Shown: one piece after another, positions 28,901-40,100 of the stretch
Position numbering within the stretch: the stretch's first letter is position 1
Layout: every line of letters starts with the position of its first letter
Source of the DNA: Mytilus edulis
Taxonomy: Eukaryota
Direction of reading: 5' to 3'
Length of the DNA stretch: 64,000 bases
Assembly (NCBI RefSeq): GCF_963676685.1
Contig: NC_092355.1
Coordinates: forward strand, 43,772,001-43,836,000
The notes under the pieces: model-generated
Seen by the model: the letters and a program-made list of their open reading frames with translations, nothing else
What the model was told of the DNA's origin: nothing
Database searches by the model: none
Program-made: the position numbers and the translations under genes

Positions 28901-30064
28901 AGGAATATCCTATATGTAAAACCATCAAAAGACACTTATGAATATATTCTTACTTTAGAACCAAATTTAGGCACTTCTTATCTTAGGAGACTTTCGTTAA
29001 CCCAATGTGTATCATAGGATAGCCGAGGATATAGACCTTTGAGTTGAATATAAAAATAATCTCTGTTACGTTATAAAATTCAATGCTTGGTTTAAAAAAA
29101 ACTTACCAATCTTTGATATCCAATGAGAAATTGTGCTATACTCTCCAGTCCAAAATGTTGCTCCTTGTTTAGTACCTGTCACTTGAGTACAGTTTATAAC
29201 GTTGTTTTTGTTGGATGTTAGCCAACCTCTTAAATTGTTACAAGTACGTTGTGCCTCAAACCATGTTTTTTCTTGTTCGAAATATTTAACATGAGATGCT
29301 TGAATAAAAATGAATAAACAATATTTTATAGATAATGTGTTTATTGAATATATATTTTTTTCTAATATGTAACTTGCAACAAATAACTGAATTATTGTTA
29401 GTAGATTATTTTATGTCATAAATGTGATTAGTCGTACTTCCGGTTTATTTGCATCTATTGCAAGGATTGTTATACAAATAGTTATGCTGTTGCTTCGATT
29501 GCAAAACGAAGAAGATTAATTTACAATTGTATATATTAAGCACTTTTAGCATAACACAATAAAAAGGTTAAACACGAGTGTTCCATTGACAACACACAAA
29601 TTAGACAAAAACAACAATTCAAAAGTAAAGACTTACAAACACAGATGTACAGCAAAGAGGTCAAAATCAAATATAATTATTTAGTGTAGGAAAATTTGAT
29701 ATAATCTATATTGACAAAGGACAACAGTTCTAGTAGTTTATTTAAAAGAGGTGGCAAATACAGGGGAAAGTAAAGGCATGTCTAGCCGCTTCGAATACAG
29801 CATTTCAAGAATGATTACATTCTAAAAAAAGTTAAGAAAAAAAATATATATGATAATTTTACAATTAAAATATCAGAGTGTCAAATAAAAATTGGTTTTG
29901 TTGATACTAACTAGCATGACTATGGTTTTATTTTTAATGATTCTGTAATTTTCCCAAAACTATATACCATTTGACAATCATAACACTTTTATTTACTTAC
30001 CGGTTTTTACGAAGACACCGATGAGACACACATTAATAGACAAAACAAATATAAATTTCCCCAT
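10124..30064 (-). CDS. Type I membrane receptor: signal peptide, CTL-like/WSC-like Cys-rich ectodomain, Ser/Thr stalk, TM, Tyr-motif cytoplasmic tail (about 566 aa)
   Basis: Eleven GT-AG exons with compatible phases: 30064-30001, 29298-29107, 25182-25073, 22717-22606, 16813-16703, 16335-16159, 15538-15410, 14586-14461, 13753-13625, 11741-11666, 10598-10124 (1701 nt, divisible by 3). Signal MGKFIFVLSINVCLIGVFV; KTWFEAQRTC..FWTG; GCIE..C..C..CVC; TM GLIVGGVIGALSIIGVVVLVVII. Confidence 0.85.
11666..11741 (-). CDS. Transmembrane exon of receptor
   Basis: cttttaag acceptor, GLIVGGVIGALSIIGVVVLVVIIKL, AG|gtatgt donor. Confidence 0.85.
13141..13183 (-). ncRNA. Degenerate type I hammerhead ribozyme (retrozyme-family copy)
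   Basis: Reverse complement reads gtca CTGATGA atcttatttagac GAAA cgtgctg TC tagcgt; stems partly mutated. Confidence 0.55.
13795..13950. repeat. About 150-bp imperfect palindrome (foldback repeat)
   Basis: gactgtaatattttt..ggtgcacactg..cagtgtgcacc..aaaaatattacagtc. Confidence 0.6.
14647..15070 (+). mobile_element. Retrozyme-like repeat with type I hammerhead at about 14986-15029
   Basis: gggtca CTGATGA gcactttgtagac GAAA cgcgcg TC tggcgt, with the same flanks (gtcctcaatgctct upstream, cctggta downstream) as the copy at 26467. Confidence 0.7.
18876..19812 (-). mobile_element. HINE-like element, copy B (inverted relative to 4816-5997)
   Basis: aaccaattgttcagagaacaattgtaggtctttcc and ggtctttccacggaaaagtggaaagacc ends, plus shared internal sequence with copy A. 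Confidence 0.65.
20105..20470 (+). repeat. Representative of an abundant dispersed repeat family (other copies at about 4400-4630, 8230-8390, 12490-12650, 36970-37085, 59770-59970)
   Basis: Shared agatgtgg..aatgagacaactctcca..ctataggtca..gtacggccttcaac..gctataaa.ggcccc core. Confidence 0.7.
20994..21211 (+). mobile_element. 5'-truncated SINE/LINE-type insertion with (AATC)n tail and 13-bp TSD
   Basis: CATGACTTGTGCA at 20981-20993 and 21212-21224; tail ..ccactggacgttaggcaaccaacaatcaatcaatcaatc. Confidence 0.75.
21338..22560 (-). mobile_element. Penelope-like retroelement RT, probably Naiad-type (C-terminal RT), 5'-truncated and pseudogenised
   Basis: YDFSTLYTTLPH, FLLDNIYVRFG..IPMGSNCAPLIADLFLYCYE, GVYISKLVRFARVCS..KLL.QGFRY. 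The ORF ends after the thumb with no C-terminal GIY-YIG; stops and frameshifts lie between the two ORF pieces. Confidence 0.85.
25213..25400 (+). mobile_element. tRNA-like (Pol III A/B box) repeat, homolog of 53361-53520
   Basis: gagcctagaTGGTCGATTGGtctagc..aGTTCGAGTCCcggc..gcaaatttacagatcgaacattgttggg, followed by (TA)n. Confidence 0.65.
25580..25618 (-). ncRNA. Possible PLE-type minimal hammerhead (degenerate)
   Basis: Reverse complement CTGACGA a GGATA tctgt TATCC GAAA ta TT; stem II is perfect, stem I is poor. Confidence 0.4.
25964..26140 (+). mobile_element. 3' tip of a PLE GIY-YIG endonuclease
   Basis: QQIRQPEYRQTPLSEHLDICAGGKFKCFPFFKC..YRKELEK..AKLDA-stop, starting right after (TA)n. 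Confidence 0.6.
26467..26510 (+). ncRNA. Minimal type I hammerhead ribozyme (retrozyme repeat)
   Basis: Stem I gcgtca/tggcgt; core CTGATGA at 26473; stem II gtc..gac; GAAA; palindromic CGCGCG; GTC cleavage triplet ending at 26504. Confidence 0.85.
28430..28851 (-). mobile_element. PIF/Harbinger (HARBI1-like) transposase remnant
   Basis: RRNRVLKHR..RCRLSRLMIIELC..LSRPNKRSDAI.VSLQIIVA..FHATGS resembles the HARBI1-type N-terminal/HTH region; degenerate downstream. Confidence 0.65.
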
Positions 30065-30637
30065 AGTTGTAGAAATTCTATCCACCTAATAGAGCGACTG
30101 TAAACAAACTGTTATCAAATGTTTTACCACGATATCTACAGGTATCAAGGGATCAATTCAGAGATAAATATTATGTAATGATATCGTGTCTTTTAAATTT
30201 CTTATATCCTTTTTTCAAAGAGATCAAGAAATTAAAAGGAAGAGGGTATTATAAGGGACAACAACACGTCGATTTACTTCTTTATCTTCTTTACATTTGA
30301 GGCAAAATAACTCTGCCAAAAAACAAACATTTTGAAATGACTTCTTGATATGTTTGTGTTTACGAAGACGTTGAACTCTTAGTAAAAATCGATAACGAAA
30401 TCTATTTTGTAAATCAGTTCAACAAATCATTTACTATCATCTATCAATGTTTGTAGTTTATCATATGAACAAGGAAGTCTTGCTTATCTACAATAAAATG
30501 TTAAAATTTGTAAATATTGTAGAAGATATAACTTGAACTAATGTGTACGAAAAAGAGACCAACCTTTAGGAAATCTTGGTCCTCACCGCTCTTGAACTTC
30601 GTACTTTATTTGGCCTTTTTAACTTTGTTTTATTCGA

Positions 30638-30680
30638 GCGTCACAGATGAGTCTTTTGTAGACGAAACGTGTCTATCGCA
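30638..30680 (+). ncRNA. Inactivated hammerhead copy
   Basis: gcgtca CAGATGA gtcttttgtagac GAAA cgtg TC; the core CTGA is mutated to CAGA. Confidence 0.55.
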
Positions 30681-32419
30681 AATACATAATTTCAATCCTG
30701 GTATCTATGATGAGTTCATTTGCATAAAAAAAACAAAGCAAGATAGTATTATAACGGGGGAAATAGTCTAGTAAAAACATTTCCTATTATTTGTTCCAAT
30801 ATATTTTTGTTGGTGAAGAGTCAAACGAGAATCGGATGACTCTGAGGTATGCCTATAACGTGAAATATTCAAATGGTATAAATTTTAATGCACCAGGACG
30901 CATTTCGACATACGGTGATGCGAGACGTCAAAATATTTGAATTCCAAAATTTAAGTCAAATGTGTGAATCAAATCACAAAGACCTAAAGTAAGTCAAATC
31001 TGGATAAGAAATCAGATCATTGCACGATGTAGATATATTCCTTAAATTTTAAATAATTTCAAATTAGTATGGATCCTTAACCAAAATGTGTACTAGTTAA
31101 ATGACAATAGACACTAAACTCCAAAACATATAAATGAACTATAATTAAAAATCATTCAAGGCTAAAAGCCAGATCTTCTGACTTGGGCCAGGGGCAAAAA
31201 TTCGGTGGTGTTAAACATGTTTTGTGAGTTCTCAATCCGCCACCTATTCCTCTAGCCAATGTAGAATAAACAAAAAATAGTATACACACTCTTTATTTAC
31301 GAAAGAACAAATCAGTTTTAATTTAAAAGCAACCCATCTAGTAGCCTTGCTTTTAGTATATATGAAAATTATCCACGTCAAACACTGTCTTTACAATATA
31401 TATCAGCTTCTGAGAACTAATGCATTAAAAAAAAGCAATTGGATGCCATATGTGAGTTAAGACAACTATTCATATCTAAAGTCTGTTTTATAAAACACCA
31501 TGTAGTATCAAATGCCAATTGACTGATTATCAATAATGTTTCCTTTCTATTGTTACTGAAATATATCAACTTTGAACACTATGAACGATTTAAAAAGCTT
31601 GCATAAACCCTTAATTCTTTTTCATTAGTCATATATTCTGTATAAACCTACACAGTCTAATAAGTCAACTCTTTAATGAGGATTCAAATATTGCAATAAA
31701 TTTTATAACTTTTCAGAAGTGTTAAGAATGAAGTATCGGTAATTCATATTAATATGTGTTTTTTGTCAGATATATTTCTTTTTATTTGGATTTGATTTAT
31801 TGACATGTACAATAGAGACAAACATTACACTTACCCCGGCATATTATATTTCTCGCATTTTGACTGGATAACGCACATCGTTAAAAAAAACCATAACCCG
31901 GGTGTTGTTAACCCGTATTCGCAGGCGTTACTACTAATTACCACTGGAAACTTTATTCGCGTGTTCCTTTATGTTCTATATTTGTTCAAATCATATTGTT
32001 CTATAAAGTATAATGCTTACATAGTTTCCTCATATTAAAATGTATCAATAAAGGTTTCATCTAGAATTACATTAAAAAAACATAACATTTTTGTTTCTTT
32101 TCTTCATATTTGTTTAAAATTAAATACGTTTATCAGTTTGTCTTTTTCATTTTAGCCATGGCGTTTTCAGTTTATTTTCGATTTATGAGTTTGACTGTCC
32201 CTTTGGTATCATTCGTCCCTCTTTTAAGTGTTTGATATTTGTATAATGTTCGTAGCTGTGTATACTTCCTTAAACATTTTGGTACACTGCAATACAATTT
32301 GATGTGAATGATGTAAATTGTAATAAAATAATGTTAGAGGAAATATGATTAAATTAAAAATAATAACCCAATCTTGAATTAAAACATTTAAACAAACAAA
32401 AGTAGTTTGAAATCTTGAG

Positions 32420-32720
32420 ATCTCATGAAACATGTTTAACTCCGCCGCAATTTTGCGTCTGTCCAAAGTCAGGAGCCTCTGGTCTTTGTTAGTCTTGTAT
32501 GATTTTTAATTTTCGTTTCTTGTATATAATTCGGAGTTTGATATGACGTCCATTATCAGTTAACTAGTATACATATTTGTTAAGGGCTCAGACGAAGGAT
32601 TCCTCCGGGTGTGGGAATTTCTCGCTACATTGAAGACCCATTGGTGGCCTTCAGTGGTTGTCTCCTCTATGGTCGGGTTGTTATCGCTTTGACCCATTCC
32701 CCATTTCCATTCTCAATTGT
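32420..32720 (+). repeat. Representative of a second dispersed repeat family (other copies at about 24720-24940, 31120-31270, 43680-43790, 45090-45160, 50400-50500)
   Basis: Shared gggaatttctcgctacattgaagacc..ggtcgggttgtt..cattccccatttccattctcaatt. Confidence 0.7.
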
Positions 32721-33304
32721 TAGAATATTCAATAATTGAGGTTCGCATTTTGCCAATCCAAATTATAACTTATACTATCTCAACATGCTCAATTTGCTGA
32801 TGAATTAAGATAAAGACCGAAAATGTCGTAAATATGTGTTAGTAATGGACCCAAAAAGAATTGAAAAACATAAATACTTTAAAAGTGCGATGAAGTAGTG
32901 GATATATCTTCCATTTCAAAGGACATTTATAAAGCTCAGCTCTATTGAAAGTATTTTATTTTCGAACTATTTTAATGAATATTTAGATATGGTTACTTTT
33001 TCCAAATAATGCAACATGATGACCTTGGTAATAACTGAAACCAACACTGTAAGAAGAATCATGCCTAAACATTAATGGCTTTTAATAAAATTGAATAGCT
33101 TTAATTAATCTTGAATATCTTAAATTAGTATTGAACTGCTTTAATTGATCTTTAAGTGATGTGGATCTGCAACGATTGTAGTCAAAAATAAACATGTTAA
33201 ATATTACATCATTTCATTAGAATGATGTTCTCAATTAATCATTTCTTTTAAGTAAGATAAGTCCTCAATAAATAATGATCTCTGAACCATATGCACATGA
33301 ATTA

Positions 33305-33512
33305 CTGTAAATTCGGAAATTATTTCGTGCTTTTATTTTTTGCAATTTTGTCATTTTATACTTCAATGCGATTTTAATTTTTACGATTTGGAGAAAAATC
33401 CCGTTTAATTTAATATAAAATATTTCAAAATGCGAGTTTAAATTATTGCGTTTACAACTCTGTCGCTTTTTTAGCAATAATAAAAACCTCACAATAGTTT
33501 CTGAATTTACAG
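33305..33512. mobile_element. Tc1/mariner-type MITE with TA TSD, about 20 bp past the SAM-gene stop codon
   Basis: TA|CTGTAAATTC..GAATTTACAG|TA. Confidence 0.7.
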
Positions 33513-33532
33513 TAGTTTGTTTGAATGTTGCT

Positions 33533-34173
33533 TTATTTGGGAATGTGACCAGATCTAACATATTTCATAAGTCTGACCGCTTCAACATGCATGAAATTGA
33601 AATCCTTTCTCAAAATTTCTTCATTCAATTCCTGTAGAACAGCACTGTCGACTAGTTGGTCTGCGAATTCCTTACAATATTTTGACAGGTGAAGTTTTTT
33701 AAGAATACCAAGTGTCTCCTGGACAGATTTCCCATCGACAACAGACTTGGATGATCCAGCTGACGAGCTACTTGTGGATGAGCAATAATCACTGTCAGAC
33801 GCACATGTTTCTCTGATATACATATAATTGTCAGATGATTCTAAATTCACACTTTCGTCTGCATGCATCACACGATAGTTCTGATCCTCTACAACTACAC
33901 TTAATGAATCATACGGCCGCGCTGGTAATGGGGGTCTTTTTTCTGCGGAATATATTGGAGGTCTAGATGGTAACCACTCAGGATCTGGTTCGGGTAAGAC
34001 TTCATAAATGTCGTCTTGTTCATCCCTTACACTTTTACATTTTTGTCTAGGAATTAGCTTTGGTGGTACATCATTGTAGTCATTGCCATGAATGTAATCA
34101 CTTGGAAGTAAATCTGGAGGTACAGCATTTCCTGTTCCCGTAGTTTTCGCACCTCTTTCAAATTTGGTAAGTT
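33533..34173 (-). CDS. Last exon: Pro-rich/Tyr motifs and C-terminal SAM domain
   Basis: PKLIPR, RPPLPARP, DDIYEVL, NYRVM, DNYMYI; SVQETLGILKKLHLSKYCKEFADQLVDSAVLQELNEEILRKDFNFMHVEAVRLMKY is a SAM-type pattern. Confidence 0.85.
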
Positions 34174-37100
34174 CTGCAAAAAAAATGTGTTTTTTTTTCT
34201 TCTTTTTAAATGTAATCTTTAACACACAATTCACTTGTTGTATCATGAATTCATATATACTTGACAGTTTGAACATTTATGGTGTATTACCAATTTTCAA
34301 GGGCAACTAATACATGTAGAAAGTTGAAGAATTGAAAAATCTCCTTTAGTACTTTCGTGATAGTATTTTTTTTTTTTGTGTCGTTCTGAAAATATCAGTC
34401 ATTTCGAACTTCAAGCAGACATTATTTCAGAATATAGCGAAGAAATTATATATAATAGCTTGTATGTTTTTATTCTTTTATGTGAATGTATATACATGTA
34501 TTTTTTAAAATGCCGCCGTACATGCTCGTGCCTCTCTATTTCAGAATCCGTGTCATTGGTGTCATTTGTTACATATCTTTCTTGTTTTGAGTCTTGAAGT
34601 TCTTGTGAAGCCAAGAATTGTTGGCTGGTCTTTGATAGTCCTGCATAATGTATTCAATAATTTAGAGCTTACAAACTATAGCGATACCTATCCATTGTTG
34701 GTAAACCGAATTTTGACATCCATATATCTGTTTGTTGGGTTGGGTTGATACCTCATTGTTCTAAATCTTGCAACCCTTTTTTTTATTAATTTTGCATGAT
34801 ACCAAATAAATTTATTAATTAAACATTTTATGATATCGAAATCCATAACTGTAGATAAATATCGTTCCTACTAAGTATATTAAACCAATCTAATACATGT
34901 TTACCTGGACTACCTTCGTTATCCTGAAATTTGATATTCTTCTGTACAAAAAGCTCCATTGATCTCAGCTTAGCCTGGAACATTTCCTGAGATTTATGTG
35001 TATATCCAGTAATAATAGATACCGATATATCTGGACATAGAGCCACCAGTGCTGATACCGGTGATATTACACCTGTAATGGAAAAAGATCTAATATAAGT
35101 AATTTAAATACCTGCAATGGAAAACGTGCTGATATATGTGATTTTACACCTGCAAAGGAAAAAAGTACTGATATAACTGACACTACAAATGAAATGAAAA
35201 ATGTGTAAGTTTAATAAGTTTTTTTTTAAATTAGTGTTATTTTCACATGTGTGATGAATAAAGGCAACAGCAGTATACCGCTGTTCGAAATTCATAAATG
35301 GATTGAGAAAAACACGAATCCGGGTTACAAACTAAAACTGAGGGAAACGCATCAAATATAAGAGGAGAACTACGAAACAACGGAAACACAACATTACACG
35401 GTAACACACACACAGAAACGAACTATAATATAACAATGGTCATTTTCCTGACTTGGTACAGGACATTTTAAGAAAACAAATGGTGGGTTGAACCTGTTAT
35501 TGTGGAATGCCAAACCGCCCGCTTTAATCAAATCAAATATTTTATTGTCGTAGAAACTTTACAGTTTGTGACCAACATATATTAACGCAATAAACATATA
35601 TACATACATATCAAACATACACAATAAAAACAACATCAAAATTTATAACAACAAACAAGCTGTTAAGAGTCCCCTGACATCAGTTTTAATGAATTTTTCA
35701 AGAAGGATCCTAACTTGTGTGTTTGTAAAGGAGTTGATGGATTTAATAGCAATGTTAGATATAACATTAAAATGACAACATTACATTTTTATATTTATTT
35801 ACTTTACTGAGCTGGTTGAAGATACGCGCAAAGATATCAATTGTAATTTTGATGGCATATGTGACTAAGTGATTTTTTAATTTTGTCGAGTCTGCGACGA
35901 AAGTCGTAAAAAAGTGAAATGGCGAAACTATATTCCGTCGGTTTCAGTGTCGGTGTCAGCATATGAGTTCATTCTGTTGAAAAATGTAAGCCATTAACAA
36001 GTTTGTCAAACCTTCATGGAGTTTCATGAAACTTTTACATTGTCCCGTATCTTACGGCTAAATGGGATATTTGTAGTTCATAGTATTGCTACGATACAGT
36101 CAAACAGTAATAACTTGAAAAAATTATCAATTTCAAGTTGTTTTACGAACATTGGACTGATGTTTCTTTATTATCAACAAAAACGTAACAATCCCGCAAA
36201 AATAAACAGGTCATAAAAATAGGACTCTATTTTTAGGTTGGATTATTTATTATACCCCCGCTTTGAAAAAAGGGGGGTATACTATTTAACCTCTGTCTGT
36301 CCTTCCGTCAGTCCGTCAGTCCATCAGTCCATCAGTCCGTCAGTCCGTCAGTCTGTCAGTCAGTCCGTCCGTCCCATGAATATTTTTCGTTACATTTTTC
36401 TCAGGAACTACACTACCAGGATTTCTGAAATTTGGTTTCAGGCTTGATATAAGTCAGCTATACTGTGTGATGCGTTTTCAGATTCATCACTCGACAACTT
36501 CCTGTTTACCAGACACTTGTATCATGTTTACACCTGATAGCCAAGTTGAAAATTTTTCGTCACATTTTTCTCAGGAACTGCACTACCAGGATTTCTGATA
36601 TTTGGTTTCAGACTTGATATAAGCTAGCTATACCGTGTGATGCGTTTTCAGATTCATCAATCAACAACTTCCTGTTTACCGAACACTACTATCATTTTAC
36701 ACATGATGGCCAAGTTGAAAATTTTTGTCGCATTTTTCTCAGGAACTACAATGCCAGGATTTCTGAAATTTGGTTTCAGGGTTTATATAAGTCAGCTATA
36801 CTGTGTGATGCCTTTTCAGATTCATCACTCGGCAACTTCCTGTTTACCGAACACTTACATATTTTTACCCTATTAACATTATCCACTTGCGGCGGGGGTA
36901 TCATCAGTGAGCAGTAGCTAACAGTTACACCTGTTGAATTTATTTACTTGTCGATCAATATAAGTAAAAAAATAGATGTGGTATGACAGACAATAAGACA
37001 ATACTTTGCAAGAGACCAACTGACACAGAAATTAGCAAATATAGGTCCCCGTACGGCCTACTACAATGAGCAAAGCCGATATCGCATGTATACTTTTAAC

Positions 37101-40100
37101 AATGTTAAATGAATATTATTTATGAAATCATCCCTTCTTAAATTTTACGGACGCCAGCACGAGTTGGTTGACCGTTATGGGATAACCGTTTCACAGATAA
37201 TATCGGATATGTTTTTTACGGCGTTACTACAAACCCCTTCCATTTCATTATATGACTTACCGAATTAGACTTTTTACCGGATTTGTAACAACATCAGCAG
37301 CACGCCGGGTGCCACATGTGGAGCAGAATCTGCTTACCCTTCCGAAACATCTGAGATTACCCCAGTTCTTGGTGGGGTTCGTGTTGCTTATTCTTTAGTT
37401 TTATAAGTCGTGTCATGTGTACTATTGTTTGTCTGTTTGTCTTTTTCATTTTTAGCCATGGCGTTGAAAGTTTATTTTTATTTATGAGTTTGACTGTCCC
37501 TCTATTATCTTTCGTCCCTCTTTTATGGTTTCTGAAACTTAACACAATGGAATAATAGGACTGTTACTAAATAAAAATTAAAAATCAATTACGAGAACGT
37601 TAAAGTTTCAAGAAATATATGAGCTAACATGCCTCCCCAAAAATATGATTACAGTTAGTAAAGAGATTAGTACGAAAATACTGCCTACCTTCTATTTTTA
37701 TATATACCAAGTCGACGAAAAGCCAAAAAATATATTACAAAGAGCCATAAAAAGCAATATAATTAAAGTAAAATACACAGGTCGTGCACAAATATTAAGA
37801 TTGTTGCTATCATTGCATATCTTATGTGTGCCAATAACAGTTATGACCAAATAATAACTTCGAATGAATGGTTGTTGCTGCTATAAATTCCCCTTTTCGT
37901 ATGCGTTTTTGTACATTGCAAAAATGCATGATTCAATAATGGTTTCTGCTACTTGTTGCATTCGCAAGTCAGAACTATCTTTGTGAACGGTGTTTCGATT
38001 TTTCAACCAATAAATTTAATCTTAGCTTTAAAGTAAGCAATGTTTAAGAAGTTAATAATTACCATCTTCTAAGCAGTTCCCTTGTATGTTATCTTCTACG
38101 TAAGTCTTCATGATTAGTATATTGACTCCTTTAATACTTTCCAGAGTAGATCTTAGTTCTATGTTGTAGCTTGCGTATCTTACTTGGACTGGCAAATTAT
38201 TTTCTGCTAATATTTCTTCCATAAGTTGGGGGTTTCCCACTAAGAAGACATATTTAATTTATTAAATTTTGTTTAAAGGAATAGCCCATGTATTTCATTT
38301 TTTCCAAACTATCAGAAAAGTCTTAAGTGTTCACCTTAGTTTTACGTGTTTTATAAAATGATGACATTCAGCTGGATTGTTTTAGAAACCAAATATGGAT
38401 GTTTTGTGCTTTTTATGTTTAAACTGTACTTTCACTAAAAGAATGTGAAGTTGAAAAATCTTAAGATTATTCCAAATAGTTTCCACTAATATACATACTG
38501 TCTTCAATCAGTAACTCAGCTATTGTTGTTTGTGATATTGGTGTTGATAGAACATATTTTATTATTCTGTAATTCTCTCGCGATTCAGGGTTATCTCGAG
38601 TGGCTATATCAGAACAGTTATGTATTGCTCAATCGGCGTGATGACATATTAACATTTACTTTTATTGTATTGTTTAGTTTTATTGCCATCTCATTGAATT
38701 CTTTGAATTCTGCGATTACTGATTTTACTTTAATGCATTTGTTTATGGTGTCAGAGAAGATACTGCATTCTGGTAATTCTTGCAGTATTCATTGGTGATG
38801 TAATGCAGTTACACGCTCCACCACCATTGAATAATTTTCTTTTTACAGACAATGGAAAACTACCTTTCTTCGAACTTTTCACAACAGAGAACTTATATTT
38901 TCCATCAACAGGTATACTGAGGAACTCGTCTCTTTGATTTCCATCATCCGTTGATAGTCTGGCTAGAGCTCTAAGCTGCTGGCATGTTCGATGGAGACGA
39001 ATTATCTAAAGAAAAAAATCATTTAAATTGTATCAATTTAAAGGATCTATTCCAATGATCAAAGGATTCCACCTTGTTATAACATTGTGTGTAGTTTATT
39101 TTATTTTATTTTGTTTCGTTTTTTGTATGTGTTTGGGTAAATGTCTTTGTAATACGTTTTCGTTGGTTTTATTTTGAATTACATTTACTTTATTAACTTC
39201 TGTTTCCAAGTTCTACTTATTGTTTAAATGTTTTAATCGACATATTTCTCTTCCTACTGTCATGAACATTTGGATATTGTTCTATTAAAATTTGCTGTTA
39301 CAAAGTTTTTTAGATTATCAAACTTAGGGAATATCTCCCTAATGCACAGCTCTGATTCCTTCCCTTCTCTTGCTAAACTTCTTTTTTTTTTCTAAGGTTT
39401 CGGTTTTCAAAAGTTTAGCCCTGAGCATCACTGGAGAAGCATTTTTTGTCGACATGTGCATTGTTGCAGTAAAAGGGGTACTTTTAATTTTGTAACTACA
39501 AATTAGTGTAAAGAGTTCATAAAAACTTGTATTCATTGTACAATTTACTGTCTATCGAAACTGATATAACTTAAACAAAATGTCGACAGATAGAATCACT
39601 TTTATATAAATATCAATGGAAAATTTTAGTTAGGTTTACAATCGTTAAACCCGTTTCATCTATAAAAAAAAAGAAGATGAAAACAACACGTTATACACAT
39701 TGCATGCATTCAAACTTGGTTTTTTTTCTCTCCATTATTTACTTTCATCAGGAGCACTCAAAGCCAAATATTTAAAAGCCAGTTATAAGATTCAATGGTA
39801 CTTGTGGTACATCAGAAGGCATAGTCTGTTATATCATATTTGTTGAAGCTTGAAGACAAATCTATTTAATTAAGTGATGCTGTTAATCGTTTTCATCTAA
39901 TGTTTCTTGTAACAGTTATCATTTTGATGCCATGTGGTGTAAATATAAATGAGATGTTGGGTATGCGTCAAAGAGACGGCAATCCAACGACAAAATAACC
40001 AAAATTTCTCAGAATCTTACAGTATTGTTATATAGATCTAACTGTTTGTAAAAGGGAAGAGATGAAATTCCAAGGACAATAAATATTGAAGGCAAATAAA

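Noticed and set aside
34411-34690. Extra exon of the CABIT-SAM gene (GLSKTSQQFLASQEL..)
   Set aside because: A phase-1 acceptor exists at 34642-34641 but I found no phase-compatible donor; the gene splices cleanly without it.
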